Positions 39,534 through 47,638 of a stretch of 64,000 nucleotides of DNA are shown one piece after another. The stretch comes from Cenarchaeum sp. GTDB taxonomy: Archaea; Thermoproteota; Nitrososphaeria; Nitrososphaerales; Nitrosopumilaceae. Within the stretch, counting starts at the first letter, position 1, and each line of letters starts with the position of its first letter. The position numbers and the translations under genes were made by a program. The notes beneath the pieces were generated by a model, which did not search any database, was not told where the DNA came from, and saw only the letters and a program-made list of their open reading frames with translations. The stretch is taken from NCBI GenBank assembly GCA_965212015.1, contig OZ243037.1:1568001-1632000 (forward strand), written 5' to 3'.

Positions 39534-40119
39534 CCTTTTCCACCTTTTCTAGCAGCATGTCCCCCGCTTCGGTACATACGCCGTTCTCATTATATAAATC
39601 CAGCACCACTTGGGGTACTGACACCAGTGTAAGATCGTCCACTTTGAATGACTTGTAAAAAACATGATCATCTCCCGTTAAAATTCGAACGTTTCCCTGT
39701 CCGACCAGACCGTTTTCACTCATTAACTCGTGCCATTTTTGCTTGTCCTTGGAATGAATATAGATGTCAGTCCGTGACGGAAACAGATAGTTCTGTATCC
39801 TGTTTTCCGCCTGGTACGTTGTCAGCGCGTATTCCAGATCCGTTCCTTTCAAAAGATCCAGCGGTCCTTGCACCATATAGTCCCGATATTTTGGAGCGGG
39901 CTGCCATCTTTTCCACCATTCCATTAACAAGCTGAAATTTTTTACCTGGGTTTTGTGGATGATCCCCTGCTCATCTAATCCCCGCAACACATTGTAAATC
40001 CATGGATATGCGCTTTCCGCCAGTTTTGCTATTCGGTATTTTGTCATTGTGCCGTTAGGATCATTAAACAGGATTCTTGCCACCCTGCCCTTGATGTCAG
40101 TCCTCGTTTCTTTTTTCAT
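39514..40119 (-). CDS. AbiEi-like antitoxin / winged-HTH regulator
   Basis: N-terminal HTH (YRIAKLA..WIYNVLRGLD); YALT..A, GNV, VSVPQVVLDLY..EAG; overlaps the toxin start. Confidence 0.75.
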   Translation of the reverse strand: MKKETRTDIKGRVARILFNDPNGTMTKYRIAKLAESAYPWIYNVLRGLDEQGIIHKTQVKNFSLLMEWWKRWQPAPKYRDYMVQGPLDLLKGTDLEYALTTYQAENRIQNYLFPSRTDIYIHSKDKQKWHELMSENGLVGQGNVRILTGDDHVFYKSFKVDDLTLVSVPQVVLDLYNENGVCTEAGDMLLEKVEKDAIRRL

Positions 40120-40195
40120 TATATAGTTTTATATTAAATAATATGCCTAATAAAGATATATAGTTTTATGTTAAATATATATTGTAAAAACTATA
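40120..40195 (-). promoter_or_regulatory. Repeated operator-like elements upstream of the TA operon
   Basis: TATATAGTTTTAT(A/G)TTAAATA at 40120-40140 and 40157-40177; inverted half-site AAAACTATA at 40187-40195. Confidence 0.6.
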
Positions 40196-40404
40196 ATTCA
40201 TGCCTATATTTGATTAATTTTATGAAAAATCAGGCATAATTTTCTTTAAATAGTGTTTTAGGATGATATGAGGCCACCATGCCAGCTGCCTCTACTGCTA
40301 TACACAGGCCGTATATGCCCTCTCATTTATTGAGCCAAAAACGTCCTCATTTTATGGGGTCCAGTCCAATTTTCACCCGATGAGAAAACTAGCATGTCCA
40401 TCAA

Positions 40405-43400
40405 TCAGGATTTTGCCATCTTTACTGCCTCGATATGTGAGCATGTCGGAATCGTTCCCGGCTTTATTTTACCATACGTCTTGAACCCCTTGCACTGGCA
40501 GCCCGTACTAGTCACCCGATACGTTCTGCCCGGATCGCTCTCCGATGGAATCAGATACGCACCACCCGCATCGGACCTTATCACGCCGGCAGTAATTTCT
40601 GCCGCAATCCTGGTCGCTTTAACTTTCATTCCAGCGCTTACGATCGAGGGACCAGAACGCTCATCTATATGGATCGTCTCGTCGGTTCTAGCCGGCATCT
40701 TGCGTTTCGCATGGTCTGCCGGCTGAAAATTGACCCCGACATCAAAGCCCTTGTGGGGACAAATAGCCCTGAAATCGCACACGCCGCACATTGTATTCTC
40801 CGGCGTGGCCGCAAACTTGCCCTCCAGTATATGGTCTATTTTTGATTCTATGCCCTTTCTGGTCTTTTCGAGCTTTTCATCGCCGATATCCACGTAATCC
40901 TTCCTGTTCGTGTCAAGATGGTGCACTATGGCCTTTGCCGGCAGAATTCCCAGCGAATGCCTTGCGGCATACGAGTAGAATCGAATCTGCTCGGCATAAT
41001 CCGGATCATACACCCCGCCCTCCTTGTCCGCCTTGAAATCTATAATCTCCACCTCGGTCACGTCCCCCTTTTCGTTGATCCTTTTGAGCAGGTCTATGCT
41101 TCCCGATACCAGGGCCTTGTCCATCACAAACTCGAATCTTTTTTCCGTATCAAGAATGCTCCCAAAGCCGCCCTTGTGCAGCAGGATATAGTTGGATACC
41201 ACTTTTTTTCCCGCCTTTTTCATGTTCTCATTCTGCCTGCTTGATGCAAACCGCAGGTGGAACATGCTCTCAAACATGTCCCCGAGATCCTCTTCTGTCG
41301 GTATCCTTTTGTTTCTGATATAGTTGGAATGGACCAGATTCAGTATGTTGTGTATGTTTGTCCCGTATCCATATGCAGATGGCACCCCCGGATTAAACCC
41401 GAACACGTGCCGGAGCTTGTAATCGTACGGACACCTGTCATAGACGCTCAGCTGGCTGTATGTGGTGGGAAATGTCCCATCCGTCGGGATGCGGGGCTTC
41501 AGCTTGGTCTTTGTTTTTTTCACCTGTGACATTGCAGAAAACCTTCCGTTTTTCATCTCGTCGATGAACGGGTGCTGGACAATAATGTTCTTGGACGGGT
41601 ATGATTTTACAGTTATCTCCCTTTTTTGCGCACCCGTCAGGAACAGGTACTTTTGCGAGCGGGTTACTGCGGTATAGTATGCCCTTCGCTCATCCTCGAT
41701 GGTACCCGCATATCTCTCCCGGTCATACAGGTCATCGTTTACAAAGCACTCAGAGGGCGGGGGGCGTCTCCGGGATACAAAGCTGGGCACAAAGACTGCC
41801 GGAAATTCCAGTCCCTTTGCCTTCCATATGGTAAGTATCCTGACTGCGTCAACCATGCCCGGATCATCATGGCGCGGATCCGTATAGTACGTCTCTGCAA
41901 ACTGGGTGATAAACCACCTAAAGCCGGCAATTTCGCGGACTCTGAGCGTCTGGTATACGTATTCAAAGTCAGATACTGCCGTGCTCAGGACGGCCAGATT
42001 GTACATGGCCACATCATCAAAGACGTCCCTCTCGGATCCCATCGCGACCAGGATTCGCTGGTAAAACTCCTGCAGTCCCAGATTCGGAAGCCAGCCTCCG
42101 TGTGCAGATAGGGCCTCTGCCTGTCCCCTTGTCCGGGATAGCCCGTCTGCAAATTTCTGTCCGTTCTTCCCTGTAATCAGGGTATATCTTTCTGCCAGCT
42201 CGTCCAGGTTTGGAACCCCGCCGGTCGTATATCCCTCACAGTCAAATGTATAGCATATGCAGTCGACTGTAAAAGATACGATGTGGCGATCAAATATCCC
42301 GCTGCCGCTGTCTGCCACGCACGGGATGCCTTTTTGCTCAAAATAGCCGATTATTCTTGCCGCATCCTCGTTTGTCTTTACTATTACGGCCATGTCCCGG
42401 TAGGAGAGCGCAAAAGGGGCCCCCTGCTTGTCGACAAACTCTGTACCGCATAGCGCAGTCATGACAGATCGTATATAGTCAAACTCGTCGGTGTCGGTGG
42501 CAAAATGGTGGTGTATAATGTCCCCGCGCTCGTATACGCGGGGTTGTTTTTTGTGCGCCTCCATGTTCTTTTCAATTCGCCTATTGTTGTTTTTGATGAG
42601 TCTCTTTGCCACATCCACCAGCCCGTCCGTTGCCCTATAGTTGATGTCCAGCCCTTCTGTGGTGACGCCGTATTTTGCGTATTTTTTCTTGAAATCTATC
42701 ATGTGTTTTATGCTGCTTCCCCTCCACTGGAATATGTTCTGGTCATCGTCTCCCACCACGCAGACAGAGTCAGAAGCGCGCGAGAGGTATTCGAGTAGCT
42801 TTTCCTGCAGCCTGTTGACGTCCTGGTATTCGTCAAAGACCACGTGCTTTACAGAGTCGCCAAGATATTGCCGTGCTGTTTTGTCGCGGTCCAGCAGACT
42901 AGTCAGCTGGAATATTACGGACGTAAAGTCAAAGAATTTTTTTTCCTCCAGTTTTTTTACATATCTGTCATAACATTTGGCAAATCCGTTTGTGCGTATC
43001 ATTGATGTGTCTATGCCTTCGGTCATTACCATGTCGGCGCTACTACAGAATATCTGCATCACTCTCCATTTTCCTGTTCTTGGTCCCTGCATCACATCAA
43101 ATTTCATGTCGTAATACCACCTGTCGATAAACGCCATCCTTCTTGCAGAGTCCAGTATCTCAAAGGACTGGAATTCCGGCCGTATCTTTCGGATGATATG
43201 CAGGCAGAACGAGTCGATTGTGCCAATGTACATCTCGCCAAAGTCTGATTTTCCCTGTGTGTTCTCCAGGATTCTTCTTATTCTTAGCTTTAGCTCCTCG
43301 GCAGCCTTTTGCGTGAACGTAAAGGCCACTATCTTTGATGGGTCTGCGCCCTTTTTGATCAGCTGTGCGATGCGCCGGCTTACTACCTCTGTCTTTCCAG

Positions 43401-43485
43401 AGCCCGGACATGCCACTATTCTAAGGTGGCCCCTGTCGTGGCGTATTATGCGCTTTTGGATATCGGATAGCTGTATGTCCTGCAA
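40405..43485 (-). CDS. UvrD/PcrA-like SF1 helicase fused to PD-(D/E)XK nuclease (Fe-S) and C-terminal SWIM zinc finger
   Basis: ACPGSGKT, DEYQD, VGDDDQ, KAKGLEF, ERRAYYTAVTR; RCPY..GSID..IIDFK..Q..FY..CGVCDFRAIC; YRV..CQC..CSH. Confidence 0.88.
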   Translation of the reverse strand: MQDIQLSDIQKRIIRHDRGHLRIVACPGSGKTEVVSRRIAQLIKKGADPSKIVAFTFTQKAAEELKLRIRRILENTQGKSDFGEMYIGTIDSFCLHIIRKIRPEFQSFEILDSARRMAFIDRWYYDMKFDVMQGPRTGKWRVMQIFCSSADMVMTEGIDTSMIRTNGFAKCYDRYVKKLEEKKFFDFTSVIFQLTSLLDRDKTARQYLGDSVKHVVFDEYQDVNRLQEKLLEYLSRASDSVCVVGDDDQNIFQWRGSSIKHMIDFKKKYAKYGVTTEGLDINYRATDGLVDVAKRLIKNNNRRIEKNMEAHKKQPRVYERGDIIHHHFATDTDEFDYIRSVMTALCGTEFVDKQGAPFALSYRDMAVIVKTNEDAARIIGYFEQKGIPCVADSGSGIFDRHIVSFTVDCICYTFDCEGYTTGGVPNLDELAERYTLITGKNGQKFADGLSRTRGQAEALSAHGGWLPNLGLQEFYQRILVAMGSERDVFDDVAMYNLAVLSTAVSDFEYVYQTLRVREIAGFRWFITQFAETYYTDPRHDDPGMVDAVRILTIWKAKGLEFPAVFVPSFVSRRRPPPSECFVNDDLYDRERYAGTIEDERRAYYTAVTRSQKYLFLTGAQKREITVKSYPSKNIIVQHPFIDEMKNGRFSAMSQVKKTKTKLKPRIPTDGTFPTTYSQLSVYDRCPYDYKLRHVFGFNPGVPSAYGYGTNIHNILNLVHSNYIRNKRIPTEEDLGDMFESMFHLRFASSRQNENMKKAGKKVVSNYILLHKGGFGSILDTEKRFEFVMDKALVSGSIDLLKRINEKGDVTEVEIIDFKADKEGGVYDPDYAEQIRFYSYAARHSLGILPAKAIVHHLDTNRKDYVDIGDEKLEKTRKGIESKIDHILEGKFAATPENTMCGVCDFRAICPHKGFDVGVNFQPADHAKRKMPARTDETIHIDERSGPSIVSAGMKVKATRIAAEITAGVIRSDAGGAYLIPSESDPGRTYRVTSTGCQCKGFKTYGKIKPGTIPTCSHIEAVKMAKS

Positions 43486-43868
43486 TGCCTATGGGGTATG
43501 CCCTCTTGTAAAAAAACCCTGCCTTGCGTGTCCAGACACATTCTGATGTTTTGCCCTTATCCTAGATGTAGATTCGCCGCTTGTAAATCCGGAATTGTAA
43601 AGGCGCAATAGTTGGAGATTGCATGTTCACACAATCAGACTCAAAAAGCTTTAGATCATTACCGTTCTGGCATACATTCATCTCTAGGCCGCCATACAGA
43701 CAGACACAGATTCTTGCAGAATCGCTACTTGGCACGGATATGCCAGTCAGGCATTCTGGCCTTGCCACGAAAGCGACACGGAAGAAATTTGCAGTATATA
43801 AAGCACCAATCAACTTCACAGCGCCATTAGATATAATTCTTATATGTGGAAATAATCCTATATCATAC

Positions 43869-44018
43869 ATGACACTAAGAGACGTAAAACCATTTGATGA
43901 AGCCCAGTTGGCATTATTGCGAAAAAACTTGAAAAGAGGTGCGACTGCCAAACAGATAGAGAATTTAAAGAAAGCTGAAGAACACGTAGCCAAGGCCAAG
44001 GCAAACAGAAATTTCTGA
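43869..44018 (+). CDS. Small basic helical protein, putative antitoxin of the downstream GNAT
   Basis: MTLRDVKPFDEAQLALLRKNL..; stop lies 2 nt before the GNAT TTG start. Confidence 0.45.
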   Translation: MTLRDVKPFDEAQLALLRKNLKRGATAKQIENLKKAEEHVAKAKANRNF

Positions 44019-44020
44019 AA

Positions 44021-44313
44021 TTGCATTTAAATAAAATAAATTTTGGATCAACACCATATGACTTTCATCTTGTTACTGATAAGGATCTAATTGATGATGA
44101 TTTTGAGTCATCTGAATAAGAATTTACTGATTATTTTCATCGTGATAGCTGGCAGGATATTCTTGAGAAAATAGTAAAGATGTATGTATTAAAGATAGAC
44201 GGCAAGATATTGGGATTTGTTACGCTTGGAATGGCACATATTAGAAACGATGCAACATGCAAAATAAAAGATAAAGAAATTAATGGAACCATACCTGCTT
44301 TGCTGATAAGTCA
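44021..44313 (+). pseudogene. GNAT acetyltransferase toxin-like pseudogene
   Basis: Frame from TTG 44021: ..DFESSE*EFTDYF..YVLKIDGKILGFVTL..IPALLISH; in-frame TAA at 44117 and loss of similarity after ALLISH. Confidence 0.65.
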
Positions 44314-44513
44314 TCGGGGTGATTTCAAGCATGATAATGGCGGGTGGCTACATTTTGATTCACTATCTGTAGCAAAACAAATGGGACGAATTATCACAAA
44401 AAAGCTGGGATTGAATATGCAATCATGTGGAAAATGCACCATATCATACGATTGACAGTATGTGGAGGACTGATACTGTAAAGATTTATTGGCAATGTGT
44501 ATTGGCACTGCCT

Positions 44514-44624
44514 GTGAAATATTTCGCATACGGCTCCAATTTGAACCCGAAATGTTTGGACTACTGGTGCAGGAATAAATTACCCTGTTGTGATCGGAAA
44601 TTGATGCGGATCCCTCTAGAGTAA
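44514..44624 (+). pseudogene. Gamma-glutamylcyclotransferase-like N-terminal fragment
   Basis: VKYFAYGSNL signature followed by an early stop. Confidence 0.5.
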
Positions 44625-44946
44625 GACTCCTCCAAAATGGAGATTTTTTGAGCAGGCACAAACAAGGCCTGAATGGGACCTGCAAGAGATGCCTAGAGTA
44701 GACTGCTATACGGCCCGAGGTCACGTCCTGACATCGGACATGACGCATATGCCAGTCAGGCATATTCCGGCCTTGAAATAATCAGAGTGGCACGACTGGA
44801 AATTTTTAGCAAAGCACCACACAACCTCCCCCGACTCGGGAAGGCCGGCCCGGATGCGCCTGCAGCATGTGATCGCCCGGAGTGGCGGATTCCGCCCGAT
44901 ACGGGGACGAATGAATTTATTTACACACAGGTTTTAGCAAACACGT

Positions 44947-45033
44947 GCGGAGATCGCCTAGCTTGGTAGGGCGTGGGATTGCTAATCCCATGTCCGCAAG
45001 GACTCGAGGGTTCAAATCCCTCTCTCCGCGCCA
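44947..45033 (+). tRNA. tRNA-Ser(GCT), CCA encoded
   Basis: GCGGAGATCGCCTAGCTTGGTAGGGCGTGGGA-TTGCTAA-TCCCA..variable arm..GGTTCAAATCCCTCTCTCCGCGCCA. Confidence 0.95.
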
Positions 45034-45070
45034 TACTAATACTTAAAAAGCCCCTGCCATGTTTTTAGCC

Positions 45071-45232
45071 ATGGGACGTAGAAAAACCCAGAAAATTATA
45101 AAATCCGGACCGAAAAACGCCACTACGGGAATGTGTCCACTGTGCAAGACGATAGGACGCATCTTCATTACGGGGCAGGTGGGCCAGGAGCGCGGCAAGT
45201 GCCCTGCATGCAACCAGTCATTTGATCTCTGA
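45071..45232 (+). CDS. Small zinc-ribbon protein, Elf1-like (53 aa; not in the ORF track)
   Basis: MGRRKTQKIIKSGPKNATTGMCPLCKTIGRIFITGQVGQERGKCPACNQSFDL; own TATA (CTTAAAAA, ~45042). Confidence 0.72.
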   Translation: MGRRKTQKIIKSGPKNATTGMCPLCKTIGRIFITGQVGQERGKCPACNQSFDL

Positions 45233-45334
45233 GTCCGATCTTTTCTACAGTCGGATTGTGCCCAAGGCAGGCGATCCTGCCGCCGGCGCGGGTCTTGCCA
45301 ACGCTTATTTTCCCGCCCGCCGTTGCGTACCGCA

Positions 45335-45967
45335 ATGGAGATATCCGTCGAGCAGATGTACAGGATTGAAAACAACGGCCACGACATGGGGTTTTTGAAG
45401 AAATTCATGATGGAAAATGCAGGTGCTGCCGCCGTGAGGCGACTAGCAGAAAAGATTGACGTGGAATCCAAAAAAATACTAATCCTTGCGGGACTGGGAA
45501 ACAACGGCGGCGACGGGCTGGTGATGGCCAGGCATCTTGCGGGATACGGGGCCGACGTCACCGTGATGCTTCTTGGATCCCCTGATGGAATAAAGACCGA
45601 GGAGAGCGCCTGGAACTGGTCAATCCTGCAAAAAATGCCCTCAGTAAGGCTGGTGCACGAAACGGATTTTGCGGCAGATGTGATAATAGATGCGATACTT
45701 GGGACGGGGATATCCGGAAAAATCAAAGAGCCTTTTGCATCTGCAATTGGCCGCATCAACGCGGCCCGGTGCTACAAGCTTGCAGTAGACGTCCCATCCG
45801 GGCTGGACCCGCAGACAGGCGAGGCAGCTAATGTCTGCGTAAGGGCCGACATGACTGTCACGTTTCACAAAATGAAGCGGGGAATCCCGAAAAGGCGAGA
45901 TCTTACCGGCGACATACACGTAGAAAGGATAGGGATTCCGCCAGAGGCGGAGGGCGACGTCATATGA
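45335..45967 (+). CDS. nnrE: NAD(P)H-hydrate epimerase (YjeF N-terminal)
   Basis: MENAG, GNNGGDGLV.ARHL, IDAILGTG, AVDVPSG. Confidence 0.92.
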   Translation: MEISVEQMYRIENNGHDMGFLKKFMMENAGAAAVRRLAEKIDVESKKILILAGLGNNGGDGLVMARHLAGYGADVTVMLLGSPDGIKTEESAWNWSILQKMPSVRLVHETDFAADVIIDAILGTGISGKIKEPFASAIGRINAARCYKLAVDVPSGLDPQTGEAANVCVRADMTVTFHKMKRGIPKRRDLTGDIHVERIGIPPEAEGDVI

Positions 45968-46575
45968 TCGTGCACCAGATCCCGGTGGGCGGCATGCAAA
46001 ACTTTTGCTATGTGGTGTGCGACGAGGAGACCGACGAGTGCATTGTAATTGATCCCTCGTGGGATCTTGACAGGATAGAGGAGGTAATTTCCAGGGACTC
46101 GCTGCGCGTAAAATACGTGGTAAACACGCACCACCACTTTGATCACACCGCAGGCAACAGGGCAGTCGCTGACTCTACCGGGGCCAAGATAGTGCAGCAC
46201 GAGGCCTCGGATCTGGACTGTGACATATCGGTAAAGGACGGCGAAAAGATACGGTTTGGCAGCAGCGAGCTTGCAGTGGTGCACACGCCGGGCCACTCAA
46301 AGGACAGCATATGCCTGGTCGGGGACGGAAAGATTTTTTCCGGCGACACGCTGTTTGTCGGAAGCTGCGGCAGGGTGGATCTTCCAGGCGGCAGCGCCGG
46401 GGAGCTGTACCACAGCCTGTTTGATGCGCTGTACGGCATGGGCGACGATCTCGTCCTGTATTGCGGCCACGACTATGGAAGCTCAAAGACCTCGACTTTG
46501 GGCGCCGAAAAAAGAACCAACCCCGTGATGCAAAAAAGAACCGAGCGGGAATTCACAGAAATGATGGGACAGTGA
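45964..46575 (+). CDS. MBL-fold hydrolase (glyoxalase II-like)
   Basis: THHHFDH, HTPGHS, SGDTLF, GHDY. Confidence 0.92.
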   Translation: MIVHQIPVGGMQNFCYVVCDEETDECIVIDPSWDLDRIEEVISRDSLRVKYVVNTHHHFDHTAGNRAVADSTGAKIVQHEASDLDCDISVKDGEKIRFGSSELAVVHTPGHSKDSICLVGDGKIFSGDTLFVGSCGRVDLPGGSAGELYHSLFDALYGMGDDLVLYCGHDYGSSKTSTLGAEKRTNPVMQKRTEREFTEMMGQ

Positions 46576-46579
46576 TAGA

Positions 46580-47638
46580 TTGGATGACATCGGGCTTTAT
46601 GGCAACACTGCAAAGGCGAGGGGCTTTTCGGACTCGCTGAGGGGGAAAAACTTTCTCTTCTCCCTTGTCATCTCGTACACCAAAACGTGCGAGATTCCCG
46701 GAATAACCTTTGCCGGCTCTGATCCAGAGTCGGTAAGGTATACTGCGCCGGCAGACGCAGAGTTTCTTTACTACGGGCACTGCAAGTCAATTGACGGCAT
46801 CCCCGTGACGCCTGACGGAAAGCCGACTCCGGCGCTATTAACCAGAGTCGCCCTCGAATCTGCCGGCATACCGCATGTGACAGTCAATGCGGGCAGTGCC
46901 ATACCCCCGCAGCTGCCCTACATTCAGACCGGGCTGCCCTGTGGGCAGAACATTGCGCACGGGCATGCTATGGGCAAGGCAGACTTGCTCCGGGCAGTAG
47001 ACTATGGCCGGATAATCGGCCGCACCCTGGCATCCGTGACTGACTGCCTGGTGATAGGCGAGAGCATTCCCGGCGGAACCACCACTGCGCTTGCAGTCAT
47101 GCGGGGACTGGGCATAGACGCAAGCGTAAGCTCCAGCATTCCCGACAATCCTGTTGCGCTGAAAAACAAGACAGTCGAGGGCGCGCTGAAAAACGTCACA
47201 TCAGACGATCCGTTTGCAATTGCCGCCGCCCTGGGGGATCCGATGATTCCGACTGTAGCAGGCATGCTCAGCGGCGCAAGTGAAATCTCGCGCGTAATCC
47301 TTGCGGGCGGAACGCAGATGGCAGCCGTCCTGTCCTTTGGCAGATCGCTGGGCTTTAACGCAGACAATACCGCGGTGGGAACCACGTCATACATTACAGA
47401 CGACAAATCTGCGAACTTTCTTGACACCATGGGGCAGATTGCCGACATTCCCATCCTTGTGGTGGACCCGGGACTGGACGGGTCGTCCATCGACGGGCTG
47501 CGTGCATACTCTGAGGGGTTTGCAAAGGAGGGCGCCGGCGCAGGCGGGTGCCTTGCCGCATCGATGCTAAAGGCCGGAACGAGCCCCGAAAAGCTGCGCG
47601 AGCTTGCAGAAAGACAGTACGCGCGCATCCTTACCTGA
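46580..47638 (+). CDS. cobT: Archaeal nicotinate mononucleotide-dependent phosphoribosyltransferase (cobalamin lower ligand)
   Basis: TAPADAEF, PTPALL, GESIPGGTTTA, LAGGTQM, KEGAGAGG. Confidence 0.88.
   Translation: MDDIGLYGNTAKARGFSDSLRGKNFLFSLVISYTKTCEIPGITFAGSDPESVRYTAPADAEFLYYGHCKSIDGIPVTPDGKPTPALLTRVALESAGIPHVTVNAGSAIPPQLPYIQTGLPCGQNIAHGHAMGKADLLRAVDYGRIIGRTLASVTDCLVIGESIPGGTTTALAVMRGLGIDASVSSSIPDNPVALKNKTVEGALKNVTSDDPFAIAAALGDPMIPTVAGMLSGASEISRVILAGGTQMAAVLSFGRSLGFNADNTAVGTTSYITDDKSANFLDTMGQIADIPILVVDPGLDGSSIDGLRAYSEGFAKEGAGAGGCLAASMLKAGTSPEKLRELAERQYARILT

Larger units (their letters stand above)
38443..44840. mobile_element. Putative horizontally acquired (defence) island, degenerate, adjacent to tRNA-Ser(GCT)
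   Basis: Direct repeat CCCCGACTCGGG at 38443-38454 and 44829-44840; AT-rich segments; TA, helicase-nuclease and pseudogene cargo; no integrase found. Confidence 0.6.

Noticed and set aside
43562-44026. 154-aa minus-strand ORF and the 131-aa plus-strand extension in the island
   Set aside because: They span the non-coding repeat and promoter-like sequence; only the last 49 codons on the plus strand look coding.
44947-45033. tRNA-Ser 3' end as the island attachment site
   Set aside because: No duplicated tRNA 3' fragment or integrase was found at the far end of the island.
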